Shown here: piece by piece, positions 48,873-64,000 of the stretch
How the letters are laid out: each line of letters starts with the position of its first letter
Position numbering within the stretch: position 1 is the stretch's first letter
Assembly: GCA_963674735.2 (NCBI GenBank)
Contig: CAXXQS010000002.1
Location: 224,001 to 288,000 of the forward strand
Length of the DNA stretch: 64,000 nucleotides
Reading direction: 5' to 3'
Origin: Myxococcota bacterium
Lineage (GTDB): Bacteria > Myxococcota_A > SURF-8
Position numbers and translations under genes: made by a program
The notes under the pieces: generated by a model
Database searches by the model: none
Told to the model about the DNA's origin: nothing
The model's input: the letters and a program-made list of their open reading frames with translations, nothing else

Positions 48873-49070
48873 CTAGCCTTGTTTCAGCTCACGCTCGTGC
48901 ACGATCGTTAGAATGCGTGCAATGTCGCGCTTCAGTTCGGGGACTTTCCGATGATTCTGCAACTGGCCGGTGGCATGCTGGAAACGCAGTTTGAAATATT
49001 GTTCCCGCAGCGACTGTAATTCAGCCTGAATATCCTCATCGCTTTTCGAGCGAATATCGATGGTTTTCAT
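48873..49070 (-). CDS. rpmC: 50S ribosomal protein L29
   Basis: [19 protein letters not shown]. Confidence 0.97.
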   Translation of the reverse strand: MKTIDIRSKSDEDIQAELQSLREQYFKLRFQHATGQLQNHRKVPELKRDIARILTIVHERELKQG

Positions 49071-49483
49071 AGGCCTTCCTCCTGGAATACGAAGGTCGTT
49101 CGAATGGGCAGTTTATGGGCGGCCAAACGGAAGGCCTCACGAGCCACATCCTCCTGAACCCCATCCAATTCGTACAAAACCATGCCGGGCTTGATAATGC
49201 ACACCCACTCTTCCGGACTTCCTTTTCCTTTACCCATACGGGTTTCAGCCGGTTTCCGGGTCAGCGGTTTGTCGGGGAAAACCCGGATCCACACACGACC
49301 GCCACGTTTGATGTAACGAGTCAGCGCGATACGAGCCGCCTCGATCTGGCGGGCGGTAATAAACCCGCGGGTCGTGGCCTGTAAACCGAACGAACCGAAA
49401 CTGACAGTCGATCCGCGAAGCGCGATTCCTCGGTTGCGACCTTTTTGCACCTTCCGGTGTTTGACTTTCTTCGGTGCCAGCAT
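49067..49483 (-). CDS. rplP: 50S ribosomal protein L16
   Basis: [16 protein letters not shown]. Confidence 0.98.
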   Translation of the reverse strand: MLAPKKVKHRKVQKGRNRGIALRGSTVSFGSFGLQATTRGFITARQIEAARIALTRYIKRGGRVWIRVFPDKPLTRKPAETRMGKGKGSPEEWVCIIKPGMVLYELDGVQEDVAREAFRLAAHKLPIRTTFVFQEEGL

Positions 49484-49531
49484 AATTGATCCTCTTTATA
49501 CTCGATCAGAAGCGCCGTTCAACAGGGCCGT

Positions 49532-50188
49532 TTAGTACAGCATCTTGCGAATCGACTGCTTTTCCTCGAAAATCTCGCCTTTGTAAATCCACACCTTGAC
49601 ACCAATGACGCCATAGGTGGTGCGAGCCTGGGTGTATCCATAATCGATGTCGGCGCGCAGGGTGTGCAGCGGCACACGACCTTCATGATAACGCTCGACG
49701 CGGGACATCTCGGCACCGCCCAAGCGACCGCCCAGGTTGACTTTGACACCTTTGACACCGAACTTGATCGCCTGGCTGATCGCCTTTTTCATGGCACGCC
49801 GGAACGCGATACGTTTTTCAAGCTGCAACGCGATCGATTCGGCCACCAACTGCGCATCGGTCTCAGGTTTACGCACTTCGACGATGTTGACGAACACTGC
49901 GCTCGCGCTCATCTTCTCAAGCTTACGCTTCAGGTCTTCGACGCCTGCGCCGCCTTTGCCGATAACAATACCGGGACGTGCAGTGTGAATCGTCACTTTG
50001 AGCTTTCCAGGGGCACGCTCGATCATGACACGCGAAATACCTGCGGTGTAAAGCTCTTTCTTGATGAACCGGCGCACGGTGATATCCTCATGCAGCCAAT
50101 TCGCGTAATTCTTCTCGGCAAACCACTTGCTGTCCCACGTACGGTTGATGCCGATACGAAGTCCGATGGGGTTAACTTTCTGACCCAA
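49532..50188 (-). CDS. rpsC: 30S ribosomal protein S3
   Basis: [24 protein letters not shown]; TTG start. Confidence 0.98.
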   Translation of the reverse strand: MGQKVNPIGLRIGINRTWDSKWFAEKNYANWLHEDITVRRFIKKELYTAGISRVMIERAPGKLKVTIHTARPGIVIGKGGAGVEDLKRKLEKMSASAVFVNIVEVRKPETDAQLVAESIALQLEKRIAFRRAMKKAISQAIKFGVKGVKVNLGGRLGGAEMSRVERYHEGRVPLHTLRADIDYGYTQARTTYGVIGVKVWIYKGEIFEEKQSIRKMLY

Positions 50189-50211
50189 AACGCACCTCCG
50201 CTCTTGCCGTT

Positions 50212-50544
50212 CTAAGCTTCGTCGAGAACCACGGTCACGTGGCTCGTTCGCTTATTGATTCGGGTGGCCCGTCCCATCGCACGCGGTCTGAAGCGGCGCA
50301 GCGTGGGGCCTTCATCCACCATAATGGTCTTGATATACAGGGTATCCACGTCTACGTCACCACGGACATCGGCATTGGAAACAGCCGAATGAAGCAGCTT
50401 GGCGAGCGGTTGGGATGCCCGGCGCAGGGAGAAGTTGAGCGTGTTCATCGCTTCTTCGACCTGCTTTCCACGAATCTGGTCGGCCACAAGTCGAACCTTG
50501 CGCGGCGACATCCGCAGATATCTTAGTTTCGCTTTCACTTCCAT
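50212..50544 (-). CDS. rplV: 50S ribosomal protein L22
   Basis: [16 protein letters not shown]. Confidence 0.98.
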   Translation of the reverse strand: MEVKAKLRYLRMSPRKVRLVADQIRGKQVEEAMNTLNFSLRRASQPLAKLLHSAVSNADVRGDVDVDTLYIKTIMVDEGPTLRRFRPRAMGRATRINKRTSHVTVVLDEA

Positions 50545-50556
50545 GAGTCGCTCCTC

Positions 50557-50832
50557 TTAGCGCTTCGACTTTTTGTCGCCCGCGTGTCCGCGGAAGGTGC
50601 GGGTCGGGGCGAACTCGCCGAATTTATGGCCGACCATGTTTTCCGTTACAAACACCGGAATGAATTTTTTGCCGTTGTGGACAGCGAATGTCATCCCGAC
50701 ACACTCAGGAAGTACAGTCGACCGACGCGACCAGGTCTTGATGACCTTGCGGCTACTGGTTTTTTGCGCTTCCATCACCTTCTTAAGAAGGTGGTCGTCA
50801 ACGAAAGGGCCTTTTTTAATCGAACGAGGCAC
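50557..50832 (-). CDS. rpsS: 30S ribosomal protein S19
   Basis: [20 protein letters not shown]; GTG start. Confidence 0.98.
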   Translation of the reverse strand: MPRSIKKGPFVDDHLLKKVMEAQKTSSRKVIKTWSRRSTVLPECVGMTFAVHNGKKFIPVFVTENMVGHKFGEFAPTRTFRGHAGDKKSKR

Positions 50833-50862
50833 GGTCTATCTCCCTTTCCAAAACCAATCGGT

Positions 50863-51690
50863 TCACTTCTTGTTTCGACGCCGCACGATCAAACGATCCG
50901 TGCGCGGGTTGTTGCGAGTACGCTTGCCCTTGGTCGGCAGGCCCCAGGGAGTCACCGGATGGCGGCCACCCGAGCTGCGGCCTTCACCACCGCCATGCGG
51001 ATGGTCGACCGGGTTCATGGCAACGCCACGGACCTTGGGACGGCGACCGAGCCAGCGGGTACGTCCAGCTTTGCCGATCTTTATATTTTCCTGCTCCTGG
51101 TTGCCGATCTCACCGACGGTGGCGCGGCAGTCCAACAGCACCTTGCGAACTTCACCCGAGGGCAAACGCAGCTGAGCGTAACGTCCCTCTTTCGCCATCA
51201 GCTGGGCCGACGTTCCCGCCGCGCGGCAGATCTGACCGCCTTTGCCCTGCTTGATCTCGATATTGTGCACGTGGGTACCGAGCGGGATATGACGCAGCGG
51301 CAGGTTGTTGCCGGGCAGGATATCCGCGGTGTCCGACGCCACGACCATGTCGCCCACTTTGATTTTCTGCGGAGCCAGGATATAGCGTTTTTCGCCATCG
51401 AGGTAATGCAGCAAAGCAATGCGCGCGGAACGATTGGGATCGTATTCGATCGTCGCCACTTTAGCGGGAACTTCGAGTTTGTTGCGTCGGAAATCGATGA
51501 CGCGGTACATACGCTTATGTCCACCTCCACGACGACGCACGCAAATGCGACCATGGTGGTTGCGGCCGGCCTTTTTCTTCAGCGGCCTCAACAGCGGGCG
51601 GTGCGGCTGATCCGTCGTGATCGTATCGAAATCCGACACGGTCATGTTACGCCTACCCGGCGAGGTGGGTTTGTATTTTTTAATGCCCAT
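50863..51690 (-). CDS. rplB: 50S ribosomal protein L2
   Basis: [21 protein letters not shown]. Confidence 0.99.
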   Translation of the reverse strand: MGIKKYKPTSPGRRNMTVSDFDTITTDQPHRPLLRPLKKKAGRNHHGRICVRRRGGGHKRMYRVIDFRRNKLEVPAKVATIEYDPNRSARIALLHYLDGEKRYILAPQKIKVGDMVVASDTADILPGNNLPLRHIPLGTHVHNIEIKQGKGGQICRAAGTSAQLMAKEGRYAQLRLPSGEVRKVLLDCRATVGEIGNQEQENIKIGKAGRTRWLGRRPKVRGVAMNPVDHPHGGGEGRSSGGRHPVTPWGLPTKGKRTRNNPRTDRLIVRRRNKK

Positions 51691-51715
51691 CGCTGTGCTC
51701 CTCTATGCTCGTCGC

Positions 51716-52009
51716 CTATACGCCCTCAAACAGCTCGATCGTGTCACCGTCGCGCAGAGTCACAATGGCTTTTTTCCAGCCGTTCGAGCGACCCATGAAG
51801 CGACCCAAGCGCTTCCATTTTCCGGGAAGGCGAACCGTATTCACGCGTTCGACTTTGACGTCGAAAAGCTTCTCGATCGCGTGCTTGACTTCGACCTTGT
51901 TGGCGTCTTTGCGGACTTCGAAGAAAAACTGGTTAGCACTTTCCTGAATGCGCGAGCCCTTTTCAGTCAGCAGCGGCCGCACGATGATGTCGTGGATATT
52001 TTTCTTCAT
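51716..52009 (-). CDS. rplW: 50S ribosomal protein L23
   Basis: [14 protein letters not shown]. Confidence 0.98.
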   Translation of the reverse strand: MKKNIHDIIVRPLLTEKGSRIQESANQFFFEVRKDANKVEVKHAIEKLFDVKVERVNTVRLPGKWKRLGRFMGRSNGWKKAIVTLRDGDTIELFEGV

Positions 52010-52626
52010 TTCTTCAACGCTCCTTCCACCTTTTCAATCGCGGCCTTGGTGAGCAGAAGCTCATCATGGTTCAGGATGTCATGCACGTTCAACCCGGCGG
52101 CCGGAAGAACATCCACGCCGGGAATGTTGCGTGCGGACAGGCGGAGAGTCTGGCTGTCGTCGTCGATGATCAAAGGCTTATTGACACCCAGAGTTTTCAG
52201 AACGCCGGCGAAAGCCTTTGTTTTGATCGTCTCAAGGTCAAAATTGTCAATAACCAACAACTTTTCTTCACCATTGCGCAGGGATAAGGCCGAAATCATC
52301 GCACCTTTACGCACTTTCCTCGGAACCTTATAGCTGTAATCCCGCGGATGGGGACCGAACACCGTACCACCACCACGCAAGGTCGGCGATTTGATGCTAC
52401 CGCGGCGAGCGCGGCCGGTTCCTTTTTGGCGGAACAACTTGCGGGTCGAACCCGAAATCTCACCGCGATGCTTGGTGCAGTGCGTTCCAGCTCGCCGATT
52501 GGCCAACTGCATCTTCACCACTTCATAGAACAAGTTCTGGTTCACTTCCGCGCAAAAGATGTCGTCCGCCACTTCCAGCGAACCAACTTCATTTTTTGCC
52601 AGGTCGTATATTTTCAGAACGGCCAT
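52006..52626 (-). CDS. rplD: 50S ribosomal protein L4
   Basis: [17 protein letters not shown]. Confidence 0.98.
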   Translation of the reverse strand: MAVLKIYDLAKNEVGSLEVADDIFCAEVNQNLFYEVVKMQLANRRAGTHCTKHRGEISGSTRKLFRQKGTGRARRGSIKSPTLRGGGTVFGPHPRDYSYKVPRKVRKGAMISALSLRNGEEKLLVIDNFDLETIKTKAFAGVLKTLGVNKPLIIDDDSQTLRLSARNIPGVDVLPAAGLNVHDILNHDELLLTKAAIEKVEGALKK

Positions 52627-52655
52627 CGTTTGTCTCCTTCGTTCCCCTCAGGTGC

Positions 52656-53342
52656 CTACTTGCCGGCCTTCTGGATGTACACGACACCGCTCGTCGGTCC
52701 CGGAATCGCGCCACTGACATACAACAGGTTGTTTTCAACATCAACCAGCTGAACCAAAAGGTTCTTGACCGTCACCCGCTGGGCGCCCGTGTGGCCCGGC
52801 AGTTTCGTATTCTTCAAGGTACGAGCAGGCCAGGCGCACATACCGATGGAACCGGGAACCCGATGAGCGGTCGCGCCATGCGAACCGGGGCCCCCGTGAA
52901 ATCCATGACGCTTGATGACGCCCTGGAAGCCTTTACCTTTGGAGGTACCGGTAATATTAACAATCTCTCCGATGGCAAAATCCGTTACGGTGATTTCCTG
53001 ACCAACTTCGTAGTTGTCCGGATTGTCCAGTCGAAACTCACGCAAGATTCGGAAAGAACCTTTTCCGGCAGCTTTGAAATGCCCCCACATGGGCCGGGTG
53101 ACACTGTTGCGTTTCCGCGTGCCTTTCATTTTGCCGCCCATTTTCGACTGAACTTTGGATTTCCACTGCACCGGTCTGGATTCGAATCCCAGCTGCAAAG
53201 CCGCATATCCATCCGTCTCGGCCGTCTTCTTCTGCAACACCACGCAGGGGCCCGCCTCAACCACCGTAACCGGTTGACGAGTGCCGTCGGGCGTGAAATA
53301 TTGCGTCATGCCGACTTTTTTGCCAATAATTCCAAAAGCCAT
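52656..53342 (-). CDS. rplC: 50S ribosomal protein L3
   Basis: KKVGMTQ, KGKGFQG, HRVPGSIG. Confidence 0.98.
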   Translation of the reverse strand: MAFGIIGKKVGMTQYFTPDGTRQPVTVVEAGPCVVLQKKTAETDGYAALQLGFESRPVQWKSKVQSKMGGKMKGTRKRNSVTRPMWGHFKAAGKGSFRILREFRLDNPDNYEVGQEITVTDFAIGEIVNITGTSKGKGFQGVIKRHGFHGGPGSHGATAHRVPGSIGMCAWPARTLKNTKLPGHTGAQRVTVKNLLVQLVDVENNLLYVSGAIPGPTSGVVYIQKAGK

Positions 53343-53416
53343 GGTGTCCTCTACAGTCCCCGGGTATCCGGGTTAATCACCTCGTTGCCACGTATGCGTC
53401 CGCGTCCAAGTCTCGA

Positions 53417-53725
53417 TCAAGTCTTGATTTCAACATCCACGCCAGCCGACAGATCCAACTTCATCAGCTCATCCAAGGTCTGCTGATTGGGATCGACGAT
53501 GTCGATCAGCCGGTTGTGGGTGCGAATCTCGAATTGCTCGCGAGATTTCTTGTTGACATGCGGAGAGCGCAGCACCGTGTACCGATTGATGTTGGTCGGC
53601 AGAGGGATCGGGCCCGCCACGCGAGCGCCCGTGCGCCGCACCGTATCGACGATCTCGACCGTCGATTGATCGAGCAACTTGTAATCGTAGGCCTTAAGCC
53701 GAATTCTGATCTTCTGCTGAGCCAC
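53417..53725 (-). CDS. rpsJ: 30S ribosomal protein S10
   Basis: [22 protein letters not shown]; GTG start. Confidence 0.98.
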   Translation of the reverse strand: MAQQKIRIRLKAYDYKLLDQSTVEIVDTVRRTGARVAGPIPLPTNINRYTVLRSPHVNKKSREQFEIRTHNRLIDIVDPNQQTLDELMKLDLSAGVDVEIKT

Positions 53726-53744
53726 GTCGATCTCCTTTTGTACC

Positions 53745-54935
<1,191 letters not shown>

Positions 54936-55026
54936 CTTAGGCCTCCTTCGTTCAGGTGTCCCGCTCTTACCGGGATGCGTTCCTTACGCTAAAAACCTCT
55001 GTATCGTATAAACTAAGCTCATGATC

Positions 55027-57117
55027 TCAATATAGCCCGAATCCCTGGGACGTCATCTGCTCCTGCAGCTTCGCCGGAACCGGGGCGTATCGTTTAAATT
55101 CCATCGTGTAGGTCGCGCGTCCTTGTGTTAGTGAGCGCGAATCGGTTGCGTAACCGAACATGTTGCGTAAAGGAGCCAAAGCATTGACGATCTGAACACC
55201 TGGCCGCATGTCCGTTCCGGTTATCTCGCCTTGACGACTATTCAAATCCGCCATGACATCTCCGATGAACTCTTCCGGCGTCACGATCTCGACCGCCATC
55301 AACGGCTCCATCAAAACCGGTACCGCCTTACCTAGCGCTTCACGAACCGCCATTCCGCAGGCTGCCTGAAATGCAAGATCCGTTGATTCAGCCTCGCGGG
55401 AAACCACGTCAAGCAGCGTGACACGAACATCGACAACCAGGTAACCCAAAAGCGGACCGGAATTCATCGCATCCAAAGACCCGCGTTGGCAGGCGTCGAG
55501 GAAGCTTTTCGGAAACTCTTTACTAGGCTTCACGCGGCTTTCGAAAACCAGTCCTTCTCCCGAATCCGCCGGTTCAACCAGCAGCTTCACTTCGGCGAAG
55601 ACGCTGCGGCCGGCTAACTGACGTTCATAGCAATGTGTCAGAGTAACAGCCCCGGTCACGGTCTCGCGATAGGCGACCTGCGGCTTGCCGACATTGCTGT
55701 GAACCTTGAACTCGCGGCGCAGTCGATCGACGATGATTTCGAGATGAAGCTCGCCCATTCCGTAGATCACCGTTTGTCCGGTATCGCTGTCTTGCTTGAC
55801 CCGAAAAGTGGGATCCTCCAGCGACAAACGCTCCATCGCACTGCCGAGCTTCGCCTCATCCTCTGTGGATTTCGGCTCAATGGCAATCGAAATAACCGGT
55901 TTGGGGAACTCGATGGACTCCAGCACCAAGGGGTTGTTTTGCGGACAAAGCGTGTCGCCCGTCGCTGCAAATTTAAGCCCAACCACCGCGGCTATATCAC
56001 CGGCCGTAACGCTTTGAATCTCTTCACGCTTGTTGGCATGCATTTTCAGAAGCTTGCCGATGCGTTCCTTCTTTTCGGTGCGCGGGTTATAAACCATCAT
56101 TCCCGGTTTAATTTCTCCCGAATACACGCGAATAAAAGCGAGATGGCCAACGAAGGGGTCCGTCCAGAGTTTGAACACCAAAGCGGTAAAAGGTTCGTCT
56201 TTGTCTGCCTTGCGCCTGATCAACTGCTCCGGCTTCTTGGGATCCTTGCCTTCAACCGGAGGTACGTCCAGCGGCGAGGGCAGGTAATCGACCACGGCAT
56301 CAAGCAAATGTTGAATGCCCTTGTTCTTGAAAGCCGATCCGCAGAACACCGGAGCGATCAGGTTATTTAGCGTCGCCCGGCGTAAGGATCTGACGATGTC
56401 CGCTTCGGAAAGCTCTTCGCCTCCGAGATAATGCTCCAGCAAGGTCTCATCGTTCTCGGCCGCCACTTCGACAAGAAGCTGACGATACCGTTGAACCTGC
56501 TCGTCCATATCGGCCGGGATGGCGACTTCCACAACCTGAGCCCCGAGGGACTCGGATTCGTAAGTATAAGCCTTGAGCTTGACCAAGTCGATCACGCCCT
56601 CGAACCGTTCGGACTCACCGATGGGAAGCTGCATCACAACGGGGTTTGCCCGTAAGCGTGATTGCATCATCTCAACTGCGCGAAAATAATCCGCTCCTAC
56701 ACGATCTAATTTGTTAATGAACGCTATGCGCGGCACCCGATAACGATCAGCCTGCCGCCATACTGTCTCCGACTGGGGTTCCACTCCGCCTACGCCGCAA
56801 AAAACGACCACGGCACCATCCAGAACCCTCAAACTCCGTTCCACCTCAACGGTAAAGTCCACATGACCCGGCGTGTCGATGATGTTGATTCGATGGTCAC
56901 CCCAGAAGCAGGTGGTTGCGGCCGATGTAATCGTAATCCCGCGCTCCTGCTCCTGTTCCATCCAGTCCATCACGGCATTGCCGTCGTGAACCTCGCCCAT
57001 CCGGTAAGAAACGCCGGTATAATATAGGATGCGTTCCGTGGTCGTGGTCTTGCCGGCATCGATGTGCGCCGCAATACCGATATTGCGTATTCGCGAAAGG
57101 TCGACTTTCTCCGCCAC
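55027..57117 (-). CDS. fusA: Elongation factor G with a divergent domain IV
   Basis: [29 protein letters not shown]; str-operon position. Confidence 0.95.
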   Translation of the reverse strand: MAEKVDLSRIRNIGIAAHIDAGKTTTTERILYYTGVSYRMGEVHDGNAVMDWMEQEQERGITITSAATTCFWGDHRINIIDTPGHVDFTVEVERSLRVLDGAVVVFCGVGGVEPQSETVWRQADRYRVPRIAFINKLDRVGADYFRAVEMMQSRLRANPVVMQLPIGESERFEGVIDLVKLKAYTYESESLGAQVVEVAIPADMDEQVQRYRQLLVEVAAENDETLLEHYLGGEELSEADIVRSLRRATLNNLIAPVFCGSAFKNKGIQHLLDAVVDYLPSPLDVPPVEGKDPKKPEQLIRRKADKDEPFTALVFKLWTDPFVGHLAFIRVYSGEIKPGMMVYNPRTEKKERIGKLLKMHANKREEIQSVTAGDIAAVVGLKFAATGDTLCPQNNPLVLESIEFPKPVISIAIEPKSTEDEAKLGSAMERLSLEDPTFRVKQDSDTGQTVIYGMGELHLEIIVDRLRREFKVHSNVGKPQVAYRETVTGAVTLTHCYERQLAGRSVFAEVKLLVEPADSGEGLVFESRVKPSKEFPKSFLDACQRGSLDAMNSGPLLGYLVVDVRVTLLDVVSREAESTDLAFQAACGMAVREALGKAVPVLMEPLMAVEIVTPEEFIGDVMADLNSRQGEITGTDMRPGVQIVNALAPLRNMFGYATDSRSLTQGRATYTMEFKRYAPVPAKLQEQMTSQGFGLY

Positions 57118-57202
57118 GGTACACCTACTCCGTCGTCATTCACCCGGTGGAACAGGTCAATATCATTATGTCAAACGACCGAGGTCGTATACGAAACTTC
57201 CA

Positions 57203-57673
57203 CTACCAACGATAATGAGCAAAGGCTTTGTTGGCCTCGGCCATACGATGGACATCTTCACGCTTCTTGTAAGCCGCGCCGCGAGAATTGTAAGCGTCCA
57301 TCAACTCGCCCGCCAAACGCTCGCGCATGGTATCTTCGCTACGCGCTTTGGCATAGTTGATCAGCCAACGAATTGCCAGCGCTTGCCGCCGATGACCGGG
57401 AACCTCGGTCGGAACCTGGTACGTCGCACCACCGACGCGGCGGGATTTGACTTCGAGAATCGGCTTGATGTTTTCAACCGCCTTGCGCAAAACAGCGACG
57501 GGCTCATCATTGACCTTTTGAGAAGCGATATCCAACGCGCCGTACATAACCGACTCGGCGATACTTTTCTTGCCCTTGCGCATGATTCCGTTGATGAACT
57601 TAGCCACGAGTACGTCGTGGAACTTAGGATCCGGAAGAATCTGGCGCTTGGTAACAGAACCTTTTCTAGGCAT
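57203..57673 (-). CDS. rpsG: 30S ribosomal protein S7
   Basis: [24 protein letters not shown]. Confidence 0.98.
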   Translation of the reverse strand: MPRKGSVTKRQILPDPKFHDVLVAKFINGIMRKGKKSIAESVMYGALDIASQKVNDEPVAVLRKAVENIKPILEVKSRRVGGATYQVPTEVPGHRRQALAIRWLINYAKARSEDTMRERLAGELMDAYNSRGAAYKKREDVHRMAEANKAFAHYRW

Positions 57674-57717
57674 TACAAACCTCGCGTAAGCTTAGTTTCG
57701 ACCTCGTCAGCCGTGAA

Positions 57718-58089
57718 TTACTTCGGGCGCTTGGCGCCGTACTTGGACCGGGACTGGCGGCGCTCGGAGACGCCGACCGCATCAAGCGTACCACGGATTA
57801 CGTGATACCGAACACCCGGAAGATCCTTCACACGGCCGCCGCGAATCAGCACCACCGAGTGCTCCTGCAGATTATGACCTTCACCGGGGATGTAAGTCGT
57901 AACTTCAAACCCGGAAGTCAGGCGGACACGCGCCACCTTGCGAAGCGCCGAGTTGGGCTTCTTGGGCGTCACGGTGTATACACGCGTGCAAACACCACGG
58001 CGTTGCGGACAGCTCGCCAGTGCAGGCGAAGCGGTCTTCCGCTTGATTTTCTTTCGGCCTTTCCGAACCAGTTGGTTAATCGTCGGCAT
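57718..58089 (-). CDS. rpsL: 30S ribosomal protein S12
   Basis: [20 protein letters not shown]. Confidence 0.99.
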   Translation of the reverse strand: MPTINQLVRKGRKKIKRKTASPALASCPQRRGVCTRVYTVTPKKPNSALRKVARVRLTSGFEVTTYIPGEGHNLQEHSVVLIRGGRVKDLPGVRYHVIRGTLDAVGVSERRQSRSKYGAKRPK

Positions 58090-58180
58090 GCAAACCTTCT
58101 CCTCAGCAAACAGCTCTCATCACACGATTTCGCCGGTTAGCGACCACTGAAAAAGTGGCATCTTCTGGCAGAGCGTGAGC

Positions 58181-58208
58181 ATTATAGGGAGCCGTGCCAG
58201 CGTGTCAA
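58181..58208 (-). promoter_or_regulatory. str operon promoter
   Basis: TTGACA-N16-TATAAT with an AT-rich UP-like tract upstream. Confidence 0.8.
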
Positions 58209-58457
58209 GTAATTAATCTAAAAAGATAATTTTACGCTTGTCAGTTTCAGCGAGTGAAGAGTGGCGGGTGGTCAATCGTGCCCCACACAGCAGGATAAAG
58301 TCGTTGAATCCATCCTACCCAACCCTCCACCCACTTGCGTTGAACCACCGTCGGCCAACACAGTTTGGGTGAACGTACCTGGCTCCCGATGCCCGGGAGC
58401 GGCGATTCGACCCCGTTTCCGGAATCCGAATCGCGTATCAAACCGAAGAAAAAGTCG

Positions 58458-62636
<4,179 letters not shown>

Positions 62637-62692
62637 AACCTTACTCCTTGAATCGAGTGAAAGTTGGACCCTTTTATGAAAGTCACCAGCGG

Positions 62693-64000
<1,308 letters not shown>

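Noticed and set aside
58210-58457. Possible small RNA or ORF between rpoC and rpsL
   Set aside because: Two hairpins at about 58382-58435 are explicable as rpoC 3' structures; the short ORFs lack an RBS and recognisable features.

Overview
The window comes from a GC-rich diderm bacterium, probably Myxococcota or deltaproteobacteria-like (inferred from gene content and Asp/Gly-rich lipoproteins). The right 26 kb is the core rpoB-rpoC-str-S10-spc-alpha cluster on the minus strand. It has several oddities: a uL15 with a duplicated C-terminal domain, an EF-G with degenerate domain IV loops, and non-ATG starts that among ribosomal protein genes occur only in 30S genes. The left 38 kb is accessory. 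It holds ahcY behind a probable 6S RNA, then tRNA-Val and tRNA-Asp followed by an integrase remnant and an AT-richer signalling island (Cache-PAS kinase plus three REC-HD-type proteins). Further along are gyrA, a eukaryote-like thioester alpha-2-macroglobulin lipoprotein next to a DGD(H/W)P-repeat YfaP-like lipoprotein, and several outer-membrane proteins. The best candidate for an undescribed system is a stand-alone four-gene nitrogenase-like operon (11827-16801): a NifH/BchL-like Fe protein, two very divergent component-1 subunits with COR/DPOR-like 3+1 Cys ligation, and an unknown protein. No nif, bch or cfb genes lie nearby. All calls come from reading motifs by eye; no searches were run.
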